DNA from: Candidatus Hydrogenedentota bacterium
Lineage (GTDB): Bacteria > Hydrogenedentota > Hydrogenedentia > Hydrogenedentales > SLHB01
Assembly: GCA_963674865.2 (NCBI GenBank)
Contig: CAXXYE010000007.1
Location: 192,001 to 256,000 of the forward strand
DNA: 64,000 nucleotides
Reading direction: 5' to 3'
Shown here in pieces: positions 9,927 to 19,464 of the stretch. The stretch's first letter is position 1; each line of letters begins with the position of its first letter. The notes under the pieces were generated by a model. It did no database searches. It was given only the letters and a program-made list of their open reading frames with translations, and was not told where the DNA came from. The position numbers and the translations under genes were made by a program.

Positions 9927-10852
9927 TTTTCGGCAATTTCCGTCAATATTTCCGCGCCGCCTGCCGCCAATAGCCTCTCCGCCAGTGCCGTCCCAAGCGA
10001 TGCGGCGTCCTCAACCGGCCCGGACGCTCCATCTCGTATTACCCGCCCGCCGTCGAGCGCGGCCACCAGTCCATCCAGTACCAGTTGCCCGTTCTCGACG
10101 CGGCCATAAGCACCGACGGGTGCGTGGCAGCCACCCTCGAGCCGCGACATGAAGGCCCTTTCTGCCGTCACGCTCGCCCGGGTCGCGGGATCATCGATCC
10201 GCGCCGCGAGTTCCCGCGCCGCGTCGTCCTCGGCCCGGCTTGACACGGCGAGGGCGCCCTGCCCGGGGGCCGGAAGCCACGCCTCGATATCCAGAATCTC
10301 CGTAACGGCTTCGTCCAGGCCCAATCTTCGAACACCGGCCAAGGCCAGGATTATTCCGCTTAAGTGTTGTGCTGTCTGCAACTTACGTAGGCGCGTCTCG
10401 ACGTTTCCCCGCAGCTCCGATACTTTTAGGTCCGGCCGGGTGGCCAGCAATTGAGCCCGTCGCCGGAGGCTTCCGGTGCCCACGCGCGCCCCGGCCGTCA
10501 GCTCGGCCAGAAGGGCGCCATCCCGGCTGATAAACGCGTCCCGTGGATCCTCCCGGATCGGCGTCGCCGCCAGTGTAATGCCCTCCGGCATGGCCGTCGG
10601 CACATCCTTCAGACTGTGGACGGCCAAGTCCACCCGCCCGTCCAGTAGGGCAACATCGAGTTCGCGCGTGAACACCCCGGTGCCGCCGAGCCCGGCCAGA
10701 GGCCGATCCCGCACCTTGTCCCCGGTGGTAGTGATGACTTGAACGTCGAGCTTCAGGCCCGGCACATACTCCCGCAACGCCTCGGCGACCCACTGCGTCT
10801 GTGCGAGGGCTAACCGGCTACCTCGGGTGCCTATGCGGGTCAATGCAGTCAT
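9923..10852 (-). CDS. hemC: Hydroxymethylbilane synthase
   Basis: RIGTRGSRLALAQT, AVHSLKDVP, GTGSLRRRAQL, LRGNVETRL, LEGGC. Confidence 0.97.
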   Translation of the reverse strand: MTALTRIGTRGSRLALAQTQWVAEALREYVPGLKLDVQVITTTGDKVRDRPLAGLGGTGVFTRELDVALLDGRVDLAVHSLKDVPTAMPEGITLAATPIREDPRDAFISRDGALLAELTAGARVGTGSLRRRAQLLATRPDLKVSELRGNVETRLRKLQTAQHLSGIILALAGVRRLGLDEAVTEILDIEAWLPAPGQGALAVSSRAEDDAARELAARIDDPATRASVTAERAFMSRLEGGCHAPVGAYGRVENGQLVLDGLVAALDGGRVIRDGASGPVEDAASLGTALAERLLAAGGAEILTEIAEK

Positions 10853-10868
10853 CTCCTCGGCGTGTTTA

Positions 10869-10934
10869 GAAAATCGGGGACTGTCTCAAGCGAGTCCGCC
10901 TCAGGCGGACGAGACGGGACTGTCCCTTGTTTTC
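10869..10934. repeat. Palindromic repeat family A, copy 2
   Basis: GAAAA..GGGGACTGTCTC..GTCCGCC-TCA-GGCGGAC..GGGACTGTCCC..TTTTC; fills most of the sirC-hemC gap. Confidence 0.88.
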
Positions 10935-10946
10935 GAACCACTCTGC

Positions 10947-11591
10947 TCAAAACTGTCCCGCCTGTTCTTCCAGGCAGGCCTCGAGGGCGGCCCTCGCCTC
11001 GGCAGGCCTGCCCTGGCGCAGCAGGTCCAGCGCCGGCGATGCCAGGAACGCCTCTTCAATTGCCTTTCGCCGCTTGGCGTCGGCCACATTCCCCCTCAGT
11101 TTCTGCCGGAATTCGGCCAAAAGGGCCACATATTCGGCATATTCCGCGCCGAACTGGCCTTCAAGTTCGATCCGCAGCTTCTTGGCCAGTGCCGGAAACG
11201 CGCCCGACGTGCTGACGGCGAGCTGAAGATCGCCCCGCGCGCAGACGGCCGGTGCGTAGAAATCGCAGTGCTCGGGATCATCCACGACGTTGACGAGGAT
11301 ATCCCGCGCCCGCGCAGCCTCCGCGGCGGCCGCGTTCACCACGGCGTCATTCGTCGCCGCGATGGCGATCAGCGCGCCTTCAAGGTCGCTGGCTTCAAAC
11401 GGCCTACGCACGACCTCGGCCTCGCCCGCCTTCGCCAGCGCCTCCAGTTCGGGCGTTATTTCAGGACTTACCACCCGCAGCCGCGCCCCGCAGCGAAGTA
11501 GTCCCGCCGCCTTGCGCGCCGCGATAGGCCCGCCCCCGACCACCACGCACAGCCGTCCGGCCAGCCGAAGTGTCACGGGATAGAAGGGCAT
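10947..11591 (-). CDS. sirC: Precorrin-2 dehydrogenase / sirohydrochlorin ferrochelatase (SirC/Met8, CysG-N-like)
   Basis: YPVTL.L.GR.CVVVGGG.IA.RK, AATND, NVVDDPEHCDFYAPA, AVSTSG..PALAK. Confidence 0.9.
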   Translation of the reverse strand: MPFYPVTLRLAGRLCVVVGGGPIAARKAAGLLRCGARLRVVSPEITPELEALAKAGEAEVVRRPFEASDLEGALIAIAATNDAVVNAAAAEAARARDILVNVVDDPEHCDFYAPAVCARGDLQLAVSTSGAFPALAKKLRIELEGQFGAEYAEYVALLAEFRQKLRGNVADAKRRKAIEEAFLASPALDLLRQGRPAEARAALEACLEEQAGQF

Positions 11592-11729
11592 GGCTTGAAT
11601 GTCGATCCTTTCGAGAGAATGCTGCGCCCACCGGCGCGAAGAGCGCCCGCTCCTTCACGAGCGCCATCTCAGCCGGAATGAGCATAGTATAGAAGACACG
11701 CCGAACACGGACAAGCAGGCCGGCGCCGC

Positions 11730-11942
11730 CTACGCTATGCCAACGGCCTTTGGCCGCCACTCTTCCAAGGCCCTACCGGCCGTTTCGTCGCTTATCTCGC
11801 CTTCGGCCCGTAGGCGCTCGATGTGCTCGGGGAGTGTCTGGCAGTTGGTGGGCCACGGCGTGCGCCGCGCCATGAAATCGCGCCCCTCCGCGATGGCCTG
11901 CCGCATCTCCTCATCGGGAACCAGCACGCCGTCCTTCTCCAC
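11730..11942 (-). CDS. Small hypothetical protein or C-terminal gene fragment (70 aa)
   Basis: Protein-like composition and GC3 bias, but no clear RBS and an in-frame TAG 12 nt upstream of the GTG. Confidence 0.35.
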   Translation of the reverse strand: MEKDGVLVPDEEMRQAIAEGRDFMARRTPWPTNCQTLPEHIERLRAEGEISDETAGRALEEWRPKAVGIA

Positions 11943-12028
11943 TAGGCTCTGGTTCTAGGAGCCGGGAACGACCCCGAACGGTTCGCGCCGCTATGCCGCA
12001 AGAGCGCGGGGACTTGAACACACTCCCG

Positions 12029-13840
12029 TCATTCGCCGGGCGTTGAGGCGAAGCGAAGATTGCTCTCCGGATCGGCGACGAGCACACGAAGGAACCAGTC
12101 GCCGGGATTGTTGAACAGCTTCACGATGAGCGTGTTCCAACCGGCGTTGAGGTGCAGCGGCGCGTAGGTGAAGCCGCTGGGCGCGCCGAAGTCCTGTCCT
12201 TCGTCGAGCAAGTCGCCATTGAGGATGACCTGGTGGTAGTTGTCCGAGCAGATGGCGGCATGCACCAGTTGCTCCTGAGGCGAATGAACGCCGCACAGGG
12301 CGTAGCCCAGCGAGTGGTCGAGTGTGCCCATCAGGCCGTTGAAGTTGAGCAGCCCCCGCCCCTGGCTCTTCGCGGGAAACCACGTCAAGCCGCCGGCATA
12401 CTCGCGCGCCGCGTCGTAGCCGTCCTCCGGCCCAAACCGCTTGAAGAAGTTGGTATTCGCGGTGGCGGGATCATCAGGCAAGTAACTCTTATCGATTGCG
12501 CCGATGGGGAACGGCCCCACAAGCTGCCACTCCGGTACGGCCCGAAGGCACGCCGCCGGATAGAGAGGCACGAAGTTCTCGTACACCATCGGATTCCCTT
12601 CGTTGGGAATCCCCTCCCCGCCGTAATCAACACGCCACGACACCGGAGGCGGGAAGTCCAGGCATTCTTGCGGTACACGAAACGTCACCGCCCGCACGAC
12701 CTCCGCCGTCGGTTCAAGCTCTTCCGTCAACGTTAGCTTCCCGTCGACATACTCGATGTTGTCGGTTCCCTCAAGTACCGGCGCCCACCCGCAGGCGGCC
12801 AGGCGCCCCACGGTGACTTCCACCGAGATCGGCGCGTCTAGCACGTTATTGAACGTCATCTTCGCCCGGACGGTAACCATCGGAGCGGCGAAATCCTCCA
12901 CCGGCTCCGCATCGAGCTTCAGAACACCATGGCCGATGGCTTTGCGAAGCGACGCCGGCGCCACGTCAACCGGCCACACGCCGCCTTCCGGCTCGACCAC
13001 GGCGTAGGTGACGGCGCCGCCATCGACCGTTACATAACCATAGCTGTGGAACGTCCCGTAGGCTTTGGCATTACAAGGGGTGATGCCGCCCCCCGTCGCG
13101 CTCTGGATCATGATGAGATTGCCTTCCCGGCGTTCCGTCATCAGGTAGTGTTCATGTCCCGCCACCACGGTGTAGCGGCGTCCTGAAAGGGCTCGTTCGA
13201 GGCGGGCCCAAGTGTCCTCATAGCGCGGATCATCCCACATGGGCTTGTGGAAGAAGACGAAGGTGTGCCGGCTATCGGCGTGCTCGGCCAGATCCTTCTC
13301 GGCAAAGCTCATCATCGCCTGCCAAATCGGCCCACGGCCGTCGAAGCGCTCCTCCTCCGTGTTCAGCGCGAGGAAATGGCATCCCTTGTAGTCAAAGGCG
13401 TAGTACGTCGGCCCGAGGTCTTCCTTCCAGAGTTTGTAACACTCCACATTGGAGATGTCGTGATTCCCCGGTATCAAGAGGAGCGGCATATCAAGACGGC
13501 GGGCGTGTTCCAGGTACTCCACCCACTCAGCATCCCATTGGGACTCTTCCTGCATATGGCCCGGTATCTGATCCCCGACGGTGATGACGAAGTCCGGTTC
13601 GAGCAGGTTGATGCCGTCCACGGCCCGATCATAGATGGGCCACTTCCCTTCGCCGCCGCTTGTTTTGTCGCCCAAGATCGCGAAACTGAACTTCTGCCCG
13701 TCTTGCGACGGCGTGGCCTCTCCGACGACCGGCAATCCCGCAAACGGCCCATCCTCCGCACCGGCCTGCACGGCAGCAAAGAAGGCGGCCACAAGCGCCG
13801 CAAACACCAGCGTCCGGACAAATGGCAAGCGATTCATCAT
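12029..13840 (-). CDS. Secreted calcineurin-like metallophosphoesterase with C-terminal beta-sandwich domains
   Basis: Signal peptide; GD, VGD, PGNHD, FFHKP, AGHEH motifs; C-terminal WQLVGPF...L.AGWNTLIVKL. Confidence 0.85.
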   Translation of the reverse strand: MMNRLPFVRTLVFAALVAAFFAAVQAGAEDGPFAGLPVVGEATPSQDGQKFSFAILGDKTSGGEGKWPIYDRAVDGINLLEPDFVITVGDQIPGHMQEESQWDAEWVEYLEHARRLDMPLLLIPGNHDISNVECYKLWKEDLGPTYYAFDYKGCHFLALNTEEERFDGRGPIWQAMMSFAEKDLAEHADSRHTFVFFHKPMWDDPRYEDTWARLERALSGRRYTVVAGHEHYLMTERREGNLIMIQSATGGGITPCNAKAYGTFHSYGYVTVDGGAVTYAVVEPEGGVWPVDVAPASLRKAIGHGVLKLDAEPVEDFAAPMVTVRAKMTFNNVLDAPISVEVTVGRLAACGWAPVLEGTDNIEYVDGKLTLTEELEPTAEVVRAVTFRVPQECLDFPPPVSWRVDYGGEGIPNEGNPMVYENFVPLYPAACLRAVPEWQLVGPFPIGAIDKSYLPDDPATANTNFFKRFGPEDGYDAAREYAGGLTWFPAKSQGRGLLNFNGLMGTLDHSLGYALCGVHSPQEQLVHAAICSDNYHQVILNGDLLDEGQDFGAPSGFTYAPLHLNAGWNTLIVKLFNNPGDWFLRVLVADPESNLRFASTPGE

Positions 13841-14160
13841 TGGACTATCTCCTCATCGTGTTGCATGGCGTGGCGGATGCCTCGGCAATCCCGCGCCGCC
13901 ATTATGCCATCGCGCGACGAGAATATCCCGGCAACAGCGGAAGGGGGCGCGTTATGAAAAGGGGCTTTGCTGCCATTCATTGGTTATGCGCGCATTCTGT
14001 AGACAGATAGCTACAATCTCCGCTTTCCCTCGGAAACGCGGTGCTTGCGGGGGCGGCTAGGCCGGCTTGAGGACGAGCAGGCGCTCGTGTTCGCCCTCTT
14101 GGCCGGGAGGCGCAACCTGCGGAAACGGCATCTGGATTGAGCAACCTGATGCGGATGGCC

Positions 14161-14246
14161 GGGCGCCCCGAACGGGGCGCTCGTGTGTAGCCGTGGGCTT
14201 TGAGCAGCGCTCTGAATTTCTCCCTGAAATCCGTCTTGCGATGATG
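14161..14246 (-). mobile_element. Remnant of an IS200/IS605-family (HUH/Y1) transposase 3' end with downstream hairpin
   Basis: HHRKTDFREKFRALLKAHG (14190-14246) resembles the TnpA C-terminal HHR..TFQEE.RALL..HG; followed by GCGCCCC-GAAC-GGGGCGC; no intact ORF. Confidence 0.5.
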
Positions 14247-14520
14247 GTAGTTGCGGCCACCACGGCGGGAAATGCACACGCCACGTCGTCAGGAGTCGTA
14301 TCCCCCGAGGAGCCGCACATTTGCGCCAGACTTCCACCGGGGAGGGAGCCCCCTAAGGACGTCGTGTTGGATGGGGAAATCCCAAAAACTGACGCAGGCC
14401 CTCGGAAGGGGGCGTTGGAGACGGCGTCGCCCTCGTGCTGCCCTCATGTGTAGGTTGATTCCTCACGGACGGTTCGGTTATCAACACAGACGGCTTACAC
14501 AGTGCAGAGGGAGCAAAGGT

Positions 14521-15231
14521 ATGGCCGACCACCCCTCGTTTCTTGAACGCGTCATCGATGCCTACAGCAAAGGGGACAAAGGGACTTTGTACTCCGACGC
14601 TTGGTGGCCCCACACGCTCGAGACTACCGAGCTAATCTCATCGCTCCTCGACGCCCAGCCGCCTGCAACGATCCTTGACCTCGCATGCGGCAGCGGCGCG
14701 GCAACCACGGCCCTGGCACTGAAGGGATTCGAGGTTACAGGACTGGATTGCACCCCTGTCCAGATAGATGCCGCACGGCGGGAGTCCGCGGCAAAGGGAG
14801 CGCACGTGGAGTGGCTCTGTGAGGACATGCAAGAGATTCACTACGACAACGAGTTCGATTTTGTCCTGCTCCGCGACGTTATTTTCGGGATCTTCGAGAC
14901 CGACGAGGAACACCGCGACCTCATTCGCCGGATCGCTCGCGCGCTCAAACCCGGCGGCCGGTGTCTCTTCGAGGTATACAACAAGGAGTTTGCCTTGGCG
15001 CACGGCGTTCAGCGCACCTACTTCTATGACGCAGCAATCGACCGCTTCGCCGAAAAGGAGCGTAGGCCCGGGGCGATAACCGTCAAGCTTTACACCCACA
15101 ATGAATGGGAAGAGATGCTCAGCGCTTGTGGATTGACGATAAACAAGTGGGACGGCTGGAAGGGGAAGGGAGATCCGGCGCCGCCCCCATGGCGGGCGGA
15201 CTATATCGTCGCTGAAAAGACCCGCCCATAA
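14521..15231 (+). CDS. Class I SAM-dependent methyltransferase
   Basis: ILDLACGSG, VTGLD, LKPGGR; start reset to ATG 14521 after GAGGGAG. Confidence 0.88.
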   Translation: MADHPSFLERVIDAYSKGDKGTLYSDAWWPHTLETTELISSLLDAQPPATILDLACGSGAATTALALKGFEVTGLDCTPVQIDAARRESAAKGAHVEWLCEDMQEIHYDNEFDFVLLRDVIFGIFETDEEHRDLIRRIARALKPGGRCLFEVYNKEFALAHGVQRTYFYDAAIDRFAEKERRPGAITVKLYTHNEWEEMLSACGLTINKWDGWKGKGDPAPPPWRADYIVAEKTRP

Positions 15232-15351
15232 CACCTCGTGCTGACATGCAGGCCGCATCGCACTCCGCCGCTCATCCGCCCAAATTGCCTGTGGCGCAGG
15301 CCATTCGATAGAATACGTGCCATCACCTATCCCTGAGGAGACGGCCACGGA

Positions 15352-16017
15352 ATGAACAGCCTCACGCGCATATGGCGCAACTGGAATCATGGGCGCAAGT
15401 TCGCGAAGATCGGACGGCGCTGCCGGCTTACCGCGAAAAACCTGATCGTTGATGGGCACGTCGAGCTGGGCGACCACGTGCGCATTCGCGAAGGCGTCGT
15501 CCTGCGCACGCGCGCCAAAGGCAAGATTGTATTCGGCGATCGATGTGGCTGCAGTTGGTACTGCGTCATCGAGGCGACCAACCTGATTCAGATAGGCGAT
15601 TTTACCGGCATCGCGGAGCACACCGTCATTCGCGATACCAACCATCTCGTCCACGGTACGACGGAGCACTGGCGGCTGACGCCCCATATTGCCGAGCCCA
15701 TCATCATCGGCAAAAGCGTCCTGATCGGTGCCCGCTGCTACATCGGCCCAGGCGTGACGATTGGCGACGGAGCGATCGTCGCCCCGGGGAGTCTCGTGAC
15801 GAAGGATATCGGCCCGTACGAGATCTGGGCCGGCAATCCCGCCAGATTGGTGACGCATCGCACCAAGAACGTCTCGACTACACTGCTCAAGCGGTACCGA
15901 GGTCTTGTCGAGCAGTACGGCGTCAAAGAGGACCGCTACGGCTACAAGCCCGGGACGGAATTGGCCGACGCGCCGGGCGATGATGCGGCCGATGGGCCGG
16001 AGACTCCGGCCACCTGA
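15352..16017 (+). CDS. Hexapeptide-repeat (left-handed beta-helix) acyltransferase
   Basis: IIGKSVLIGARCYIGPGVTIGDGAIVAPGSLVTKD..PYEIWAGNPAR. Confidence 0.88.
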   Translation: MNSLTRIWRNWNHGRKFAKIGRRCRLTAKNLIVDGHVELGDHVRIREGVVLRTRAKGKIVFGDRCGCSWYCVIEATNLIQIGDFTGIAEHTVIRDTNHLVHGTTEHWRLTPHIAEPIIIGKSVLIGARCYIGPGVTIGDGAIVAPGSLVTKDIGPYEIWAGNPARLVTHRTKNVSTTLLKRYRGLVEQYGVKEDRYGYKPGTELADAPGDDAADGPETPAT

Positions 16018-16742
16018 TGCCAGTTCGAGCCATCACCTTCGACTTCTGGGGGACTCTGTTTCAGGACGCGAACAGCAAGGCGCGTAGGCGCATCCGGGTC
16101 GATGCGTTTGCAGAGGCCACCGGCGCGGCGAAGTCCGACGTAGACACAGCTCTGGAGAAGGCGATGATCGTGTTCGATCGTTGTCACCGCGAGGAACAGC
16201 GGACACTGAGGCCTATTGATGCCGTCAGACTGGCCGCGCAAAACCTGGGCGTTACCGTTGATACACGCGTCGAGCAGGAAATGGCCCAGATCTTCGGTGA
16301 GGCCATTCTCCATCATGAGCCGGCGCCGATCCCTGGCGCGCTGGATGCCGTGCGGGCAGCAGCAGAGAAGGTGCCTGTCGGCGTGCTATCCGACGCCGGG
16401 CTAAGCCCTGGCTCCTCTTTGCGTCTGCTCCTTCAGCGGCATGGGTTTCTTCAGTACATGAGCCATAAGGCGGTGGTGTTTTCCGACGATGTGGGGGTGG
16501 CCAAGCCGCAGCGGCCCATGTTTGAGGCAGTCATCTCGGCCCTCGCAGTTGAGGCTTCGGGACTCCTCCACATTGGCGATCTCGAGTACACCGACATCGC
16601 CGGCGGCCGGGCATTCGGCGCGAAAACGGCGCTTTTCGCGGGCGTGAATGCCAAGTACCGCGACGGCACGGCCGCGGACTTCGTCTTCAACGACTGGGGC
16701 GAGTTCGTGGATGTCTTGCCTTGTTTGCTGGCGCCCTCGTAA
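16017..16742 (+). CDS. HAD-family hydrolase
   Basis: ITFDFWGTL, FSDDVGVAKP, HIGD...DIAG; TGATG-coupled to the upstream gene. Confidence 0.88.
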   Translation: MPVRAITFDFWGTLFQDANSKARRRIRVDAFAEATGAAKSDVDTALEKAMIVFDRCHREEQRTLRPIDAVRLAAQNLGVTVDTRVEQEMAQIFGEAILHHEPAPIPGALDAVRAAAEKVPVGVLSDAGLSPGSSLRLLLQRHGFLQYMSHKAVVFSDDVGVAKPQRPMFEAVISALAVEASGLLHIGDLEYTDIAGGRAFGAKTALFAGVNAKYRDGTAADFVFNDWGEFVDVLPCLLAPS

Positions 16743-16748
16743 GCGCTA

Positions 16749-17414
16749 TCAGCCGCCATCTCCCGCTTCCCGGACGCCCGCCTCGTAGGCGACAGTCCGG
16801 TGCTCCACCGTCCACGGCTCCTCCTCCGTGTTTACGATGGCGTACAGCGCCAAGCCCGGCGTATCGCTGGCCTCACCTACGCTTCCCGGATTCACGAAGA
16901 GCGTGTCGTCAACCATTCGCGCCAACGGCCGATGCGTACGCCCGCTCAAAACCAGCGGCGCATTGGCCGTCTCCCGCCACCGGCGGAATCTCGCGAGGGA
17001 AGCCTCCTCATGAATGCCTTCCTTAGAGCTGCTGGGACTGCCATGGCACAAGTGGATCGTCACCCCCTCGATGCGCAAGACACGCTGTCGGGGCAACGCG
17101 CGCAGGTATACCAAGTGCTCACTTTGCAGGGCGTCATAGGCTTGGCCGGCAGCCTCGAAGTCCTCAGGGGAGAGGCGCTCTCGCAAGGTGCGGTTCTTGC
17201 GCAGAAAGGAGGTGGTCAGCCGATCCATTTCCCCTTGCGCAGAGGCGATTTCGCGCACACGGAGTATGTCGAGCACCTCGTTTGGCCAGGGGTGTCCGGC
17301 CACGCTATCTCCTGTATTGACAATCATCTGGATGCCCGCCGCATCAATGTCGTCGAGCGCCGCCTCAAAGGCAGGCAGATTGCCGTGAATGTCGCCTAGA
17401 ACTGCCAGAAGCAA
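16749..17414 (-). CDS. YfcE-like metallophosphoesterase with degenerate metal motifs
   Basis: GDIHGN, GDSV, HGSP and NPGSVG present; GNHD is GEMD and GHTH is GRTH; TTG start with GAGGT RBS. Confidence 0.8.
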   Translation of the reverse strand: MLLAVLGDIHGNLPAFEAALDDIDAAGIQMIVNTGDSVAGHPWPNEVLDILRVREIASAQGEMDRLTTSFLRKNRTLRERLSPEDFEAAGQAYDALQSEHLVYLRALPRQRVLRIEGVTIHLCHGSPSSSKEGIHEEASLARFRRWRETANAPLVLSGRTHRPLARMVDDTLFVNPGSVGEASDTPGLALYAIVNTEEEPWTVEHRTVAYEAGVREAGDGG

Positions 17415-17810
17415 AATCGTCTACCTCAATGTGTTTTCGCCGGATCATGCCGATCTCGCCCTTGGCCTGAGCCGGGGCGCCTTCGCATTACGGCGTGGGA
17501 TTCTGTCTCCAAAAGATTCCGCACCAACCTAGCAGTAGAGTGGGTCGGCCGCCGGCACTTCCGCTTGGTGCAGACGGGAGCTACGGCGACAAACTTCATT
17601 TTACCCCTGAAAATAGAGCTTGACAAATCGCTGAACAAGTTGTAATCAAGTCTATAGGAGAGCCTTCCCGACAAACGTAGTGCATACGGGAAACGTTTGG
17701 CTTTATGATGTTTTGCAGGCGGCTCTGGGCGGCGCCTCTTGCGCCGCTGCAGGTCGTCAGGTTTTGCTGTACAAGGGGAGCTTAAGCAGAAAGGAAGGAG
17801 ACCGTAGACA

Positions 17811-18104
17811 ATGGCAAAGGCACTCACGAAGGCGCAGATCGTAACAAAGTTGGCGGACAAGACCGGCCTGGCGAAGAAGCAAGTCAATGACGTGCTGGCC
17901 CAGATGGCGGAACTTGCCTATAAGGAAGCCAAGAATGGCTTCACTATTCCCGGTGTTGGGAAGCTTGTGGTCGTGAATCGGAAGGCCCGGATGGGGCGTA
18001 ATCCCGCGACCGGCGAAGCGATCAAGATCCCTGCCAAGCGCGTACTGAAGTTCCGTATCGCCAAAGCCGCCAAAGATGCAATCACCCCTCCCAAGAAGAA
18101 ATAG
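17811..18104 (+). CDS. hup: DNA-binding protein HU
   Basis: FTIPGVGKL....RKARMGRNPATGEAIKIPAK.VLKF; strong AAGGAG RBS. Confidence 0.95.
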   Translation: MAKALTKAQIVTKLADKTGLAKKQVNDVLAQMAELAYKEAKNGFTIPGVGKLVVVNRKARMGRNPATGEAIKIPAKRVLKFRIAKAAKDAITPPKKK

Positions 18105-18123
18105 GGGCATTTGAGTGCACTGT

Positions 18124-18163
18124 CCGGCCCGGGCTCCCTTAGGCGCTCGGGCCGGTTTCTTTG
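18124..18163 (+). terminator. Intrinsic terminator after HU
   Basis: CCGGCCCGGGC...GCTCGGGCCGG stem followed by TTTCTTT. Confidence 0.7.
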
Positions 18164-18237
18164 TGGACCTGGCGGGGCGCACTCATTCCCGAGTCTAAGC
18201 CAAGCGAGGTCCAGACAACTCTCCTAAGCCGCCCCGA

Positions 18238-19401
18238 CTAGTGAAACGCCTCCCGGGCGGCGTGGGCCAGTGCCTCGATGTTGTTTTTCGGTGTGCCCGG
18301 GATGATGCTGTCGGACGTGCTGAATATGAAGCGAAGGTCGCCGCGTGTCTCCTCACGGATCTTGAAGACCTCCTGCCTGATCGCTTCCGGAGTGCCGTCT
18401 TTCAGCAGGGAAATCTGATCGAAGTTGCCCACCATGACGACTCCATCGCCCAGGGCTTCTCGTGCGCTCCTGAGGCTGTCAATGTCGCCGCCCGACCCCG
18501 GCGCGGACAGCGACTCGAGCGCGTGTCCGTCGAGCATTTCCCGATATACCGGAAGCAGAGATGCGCACTGGCCGCAATTGTGGAAAAGCACCCTGCCGCC
18601 CGCCGCGGCCAACGCGTCGATGTAACGCTTCTCGTAAGGCAGGATGTGCTCCTCATAGAACGCCGGCCCAACGAGGCCGCTGTTGGCGATATTGGCTACG
18701 ACGCGAACCACATCGCCTCCCGATTGGGCAATGTGTTCTCCCACCGGAATCACGTCGTCGGTACAAAGGTTCATGAGGCCCGCGTAGAAGTCGGGCTCCA
18801 ATAGCGGCTTGAGGAGAAGGTCCTCCGCGTCCATGAGCCCCACGGCGTAGTTGAACACGCCGCTCGGAACACGCGGTAGTAAGATGCCCTTTTCGCCCAG
18901 GCGTTCCCGTGCGCGGCCGACGTGCGCAAGGTCGAGTTCAGGCATGCTTGGCCGGAACTCCCTGATGAGGTCGAGTTCCTTCTGGCCTTTCACCAAGGAT
19001 TCCATCCGGATGTTCCGAAGTTTCATCCAGTTCTGAGAGTAATCACCGTGGAAATCCTCCCCCTCGGTATTGAAGACTTCCCGGAGGACGCCGCCCGGCG
19101 TAACGATCTCATGAACGAGCGTCTTGTTGTCGTCCAGCAGCGCCCACGTGTTCTGCCACTCCGCCGTACTGACGTCAAAGGCGATAGGCTCGAAGACGTT
19201 GGTTCCGATGCGGAGCATGACATCCAGGCCGAGCAGCTCATGGAAACGCAGAAGCTCCGCCAGGCTGTCGGCGCCGCGTTCGCCTAGAATGACATCCGGC
19301 GCCCTGTCCTCGATATCCGAATCCGTAATGAAGACGGTGATCGGAGTGCGGTCCGTCGGCCTCCCTGTGAACACGTTCGTGAGCCGTTCGCGACACGTCA
19401 T
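18238..19401 (-). CDS. Uroporphyrinogen decarboxylase / MtaA-CmuA family protein
   Basis: MT.RERL...F.G...DRTP, FHNCG, MVGNFD..L..GTPE.I, FIFSTSD; start reset to ATG 19401 with AGGAG RBS. Confidence 0.85.
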   Translation of the reverse strand: MTCRERLTNVFTGRPTDRTPITVFITDSDIEDRAPDVILGERGADSLAELLRFHELLGLDVMLRIGTNVFEPIAFDVSTAEWQNTWALLDDNKTLVHEIVTPGGVLREVFNTEGEDFHGDYSQNWMKLRNIRMESLVKGQKELDLIREFRPSMPELDLAHVGRARERLGEKGILLPRVPSGVFNYAVGLMDAEDLLLKPLLEPDFYAGLMNLCTDDVIPVGEHIAQSGGDVVRVVANIANSGLVGPAFYEEHILPYEKRYIDALAAAGGRVLFHNCGQCASLLPVYREMLDGHALESLSAPGSGGDIDSLRSAREALGDGVVMVGNFDQISLLKDGTPEAIRQEVFKIREETRGDLRFIFSTSDSIIPGTPKNNIEALAHAAREAFH

Positions 19402-19464
19402 TTTGCTTCTCCTGTAGTCTCGTCTATGCCGCCTTGTCCTGTTTGCCCATCCTAACATGCGGCC

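Noticed and set aside
17620..17646. Sigma-70 promoter for HU (TTGACA...TGTAAT)
   Set aside because: Perfect -35 but only a 15-nt spacer to the best -10; not supported enough to list
18238..19401. True hemE belonging to the heme pathway
   Set aside because: Lacks the HemE RQAGR motif; the Ahb route bypasses HemE; fits the broader UroD/MtaA family
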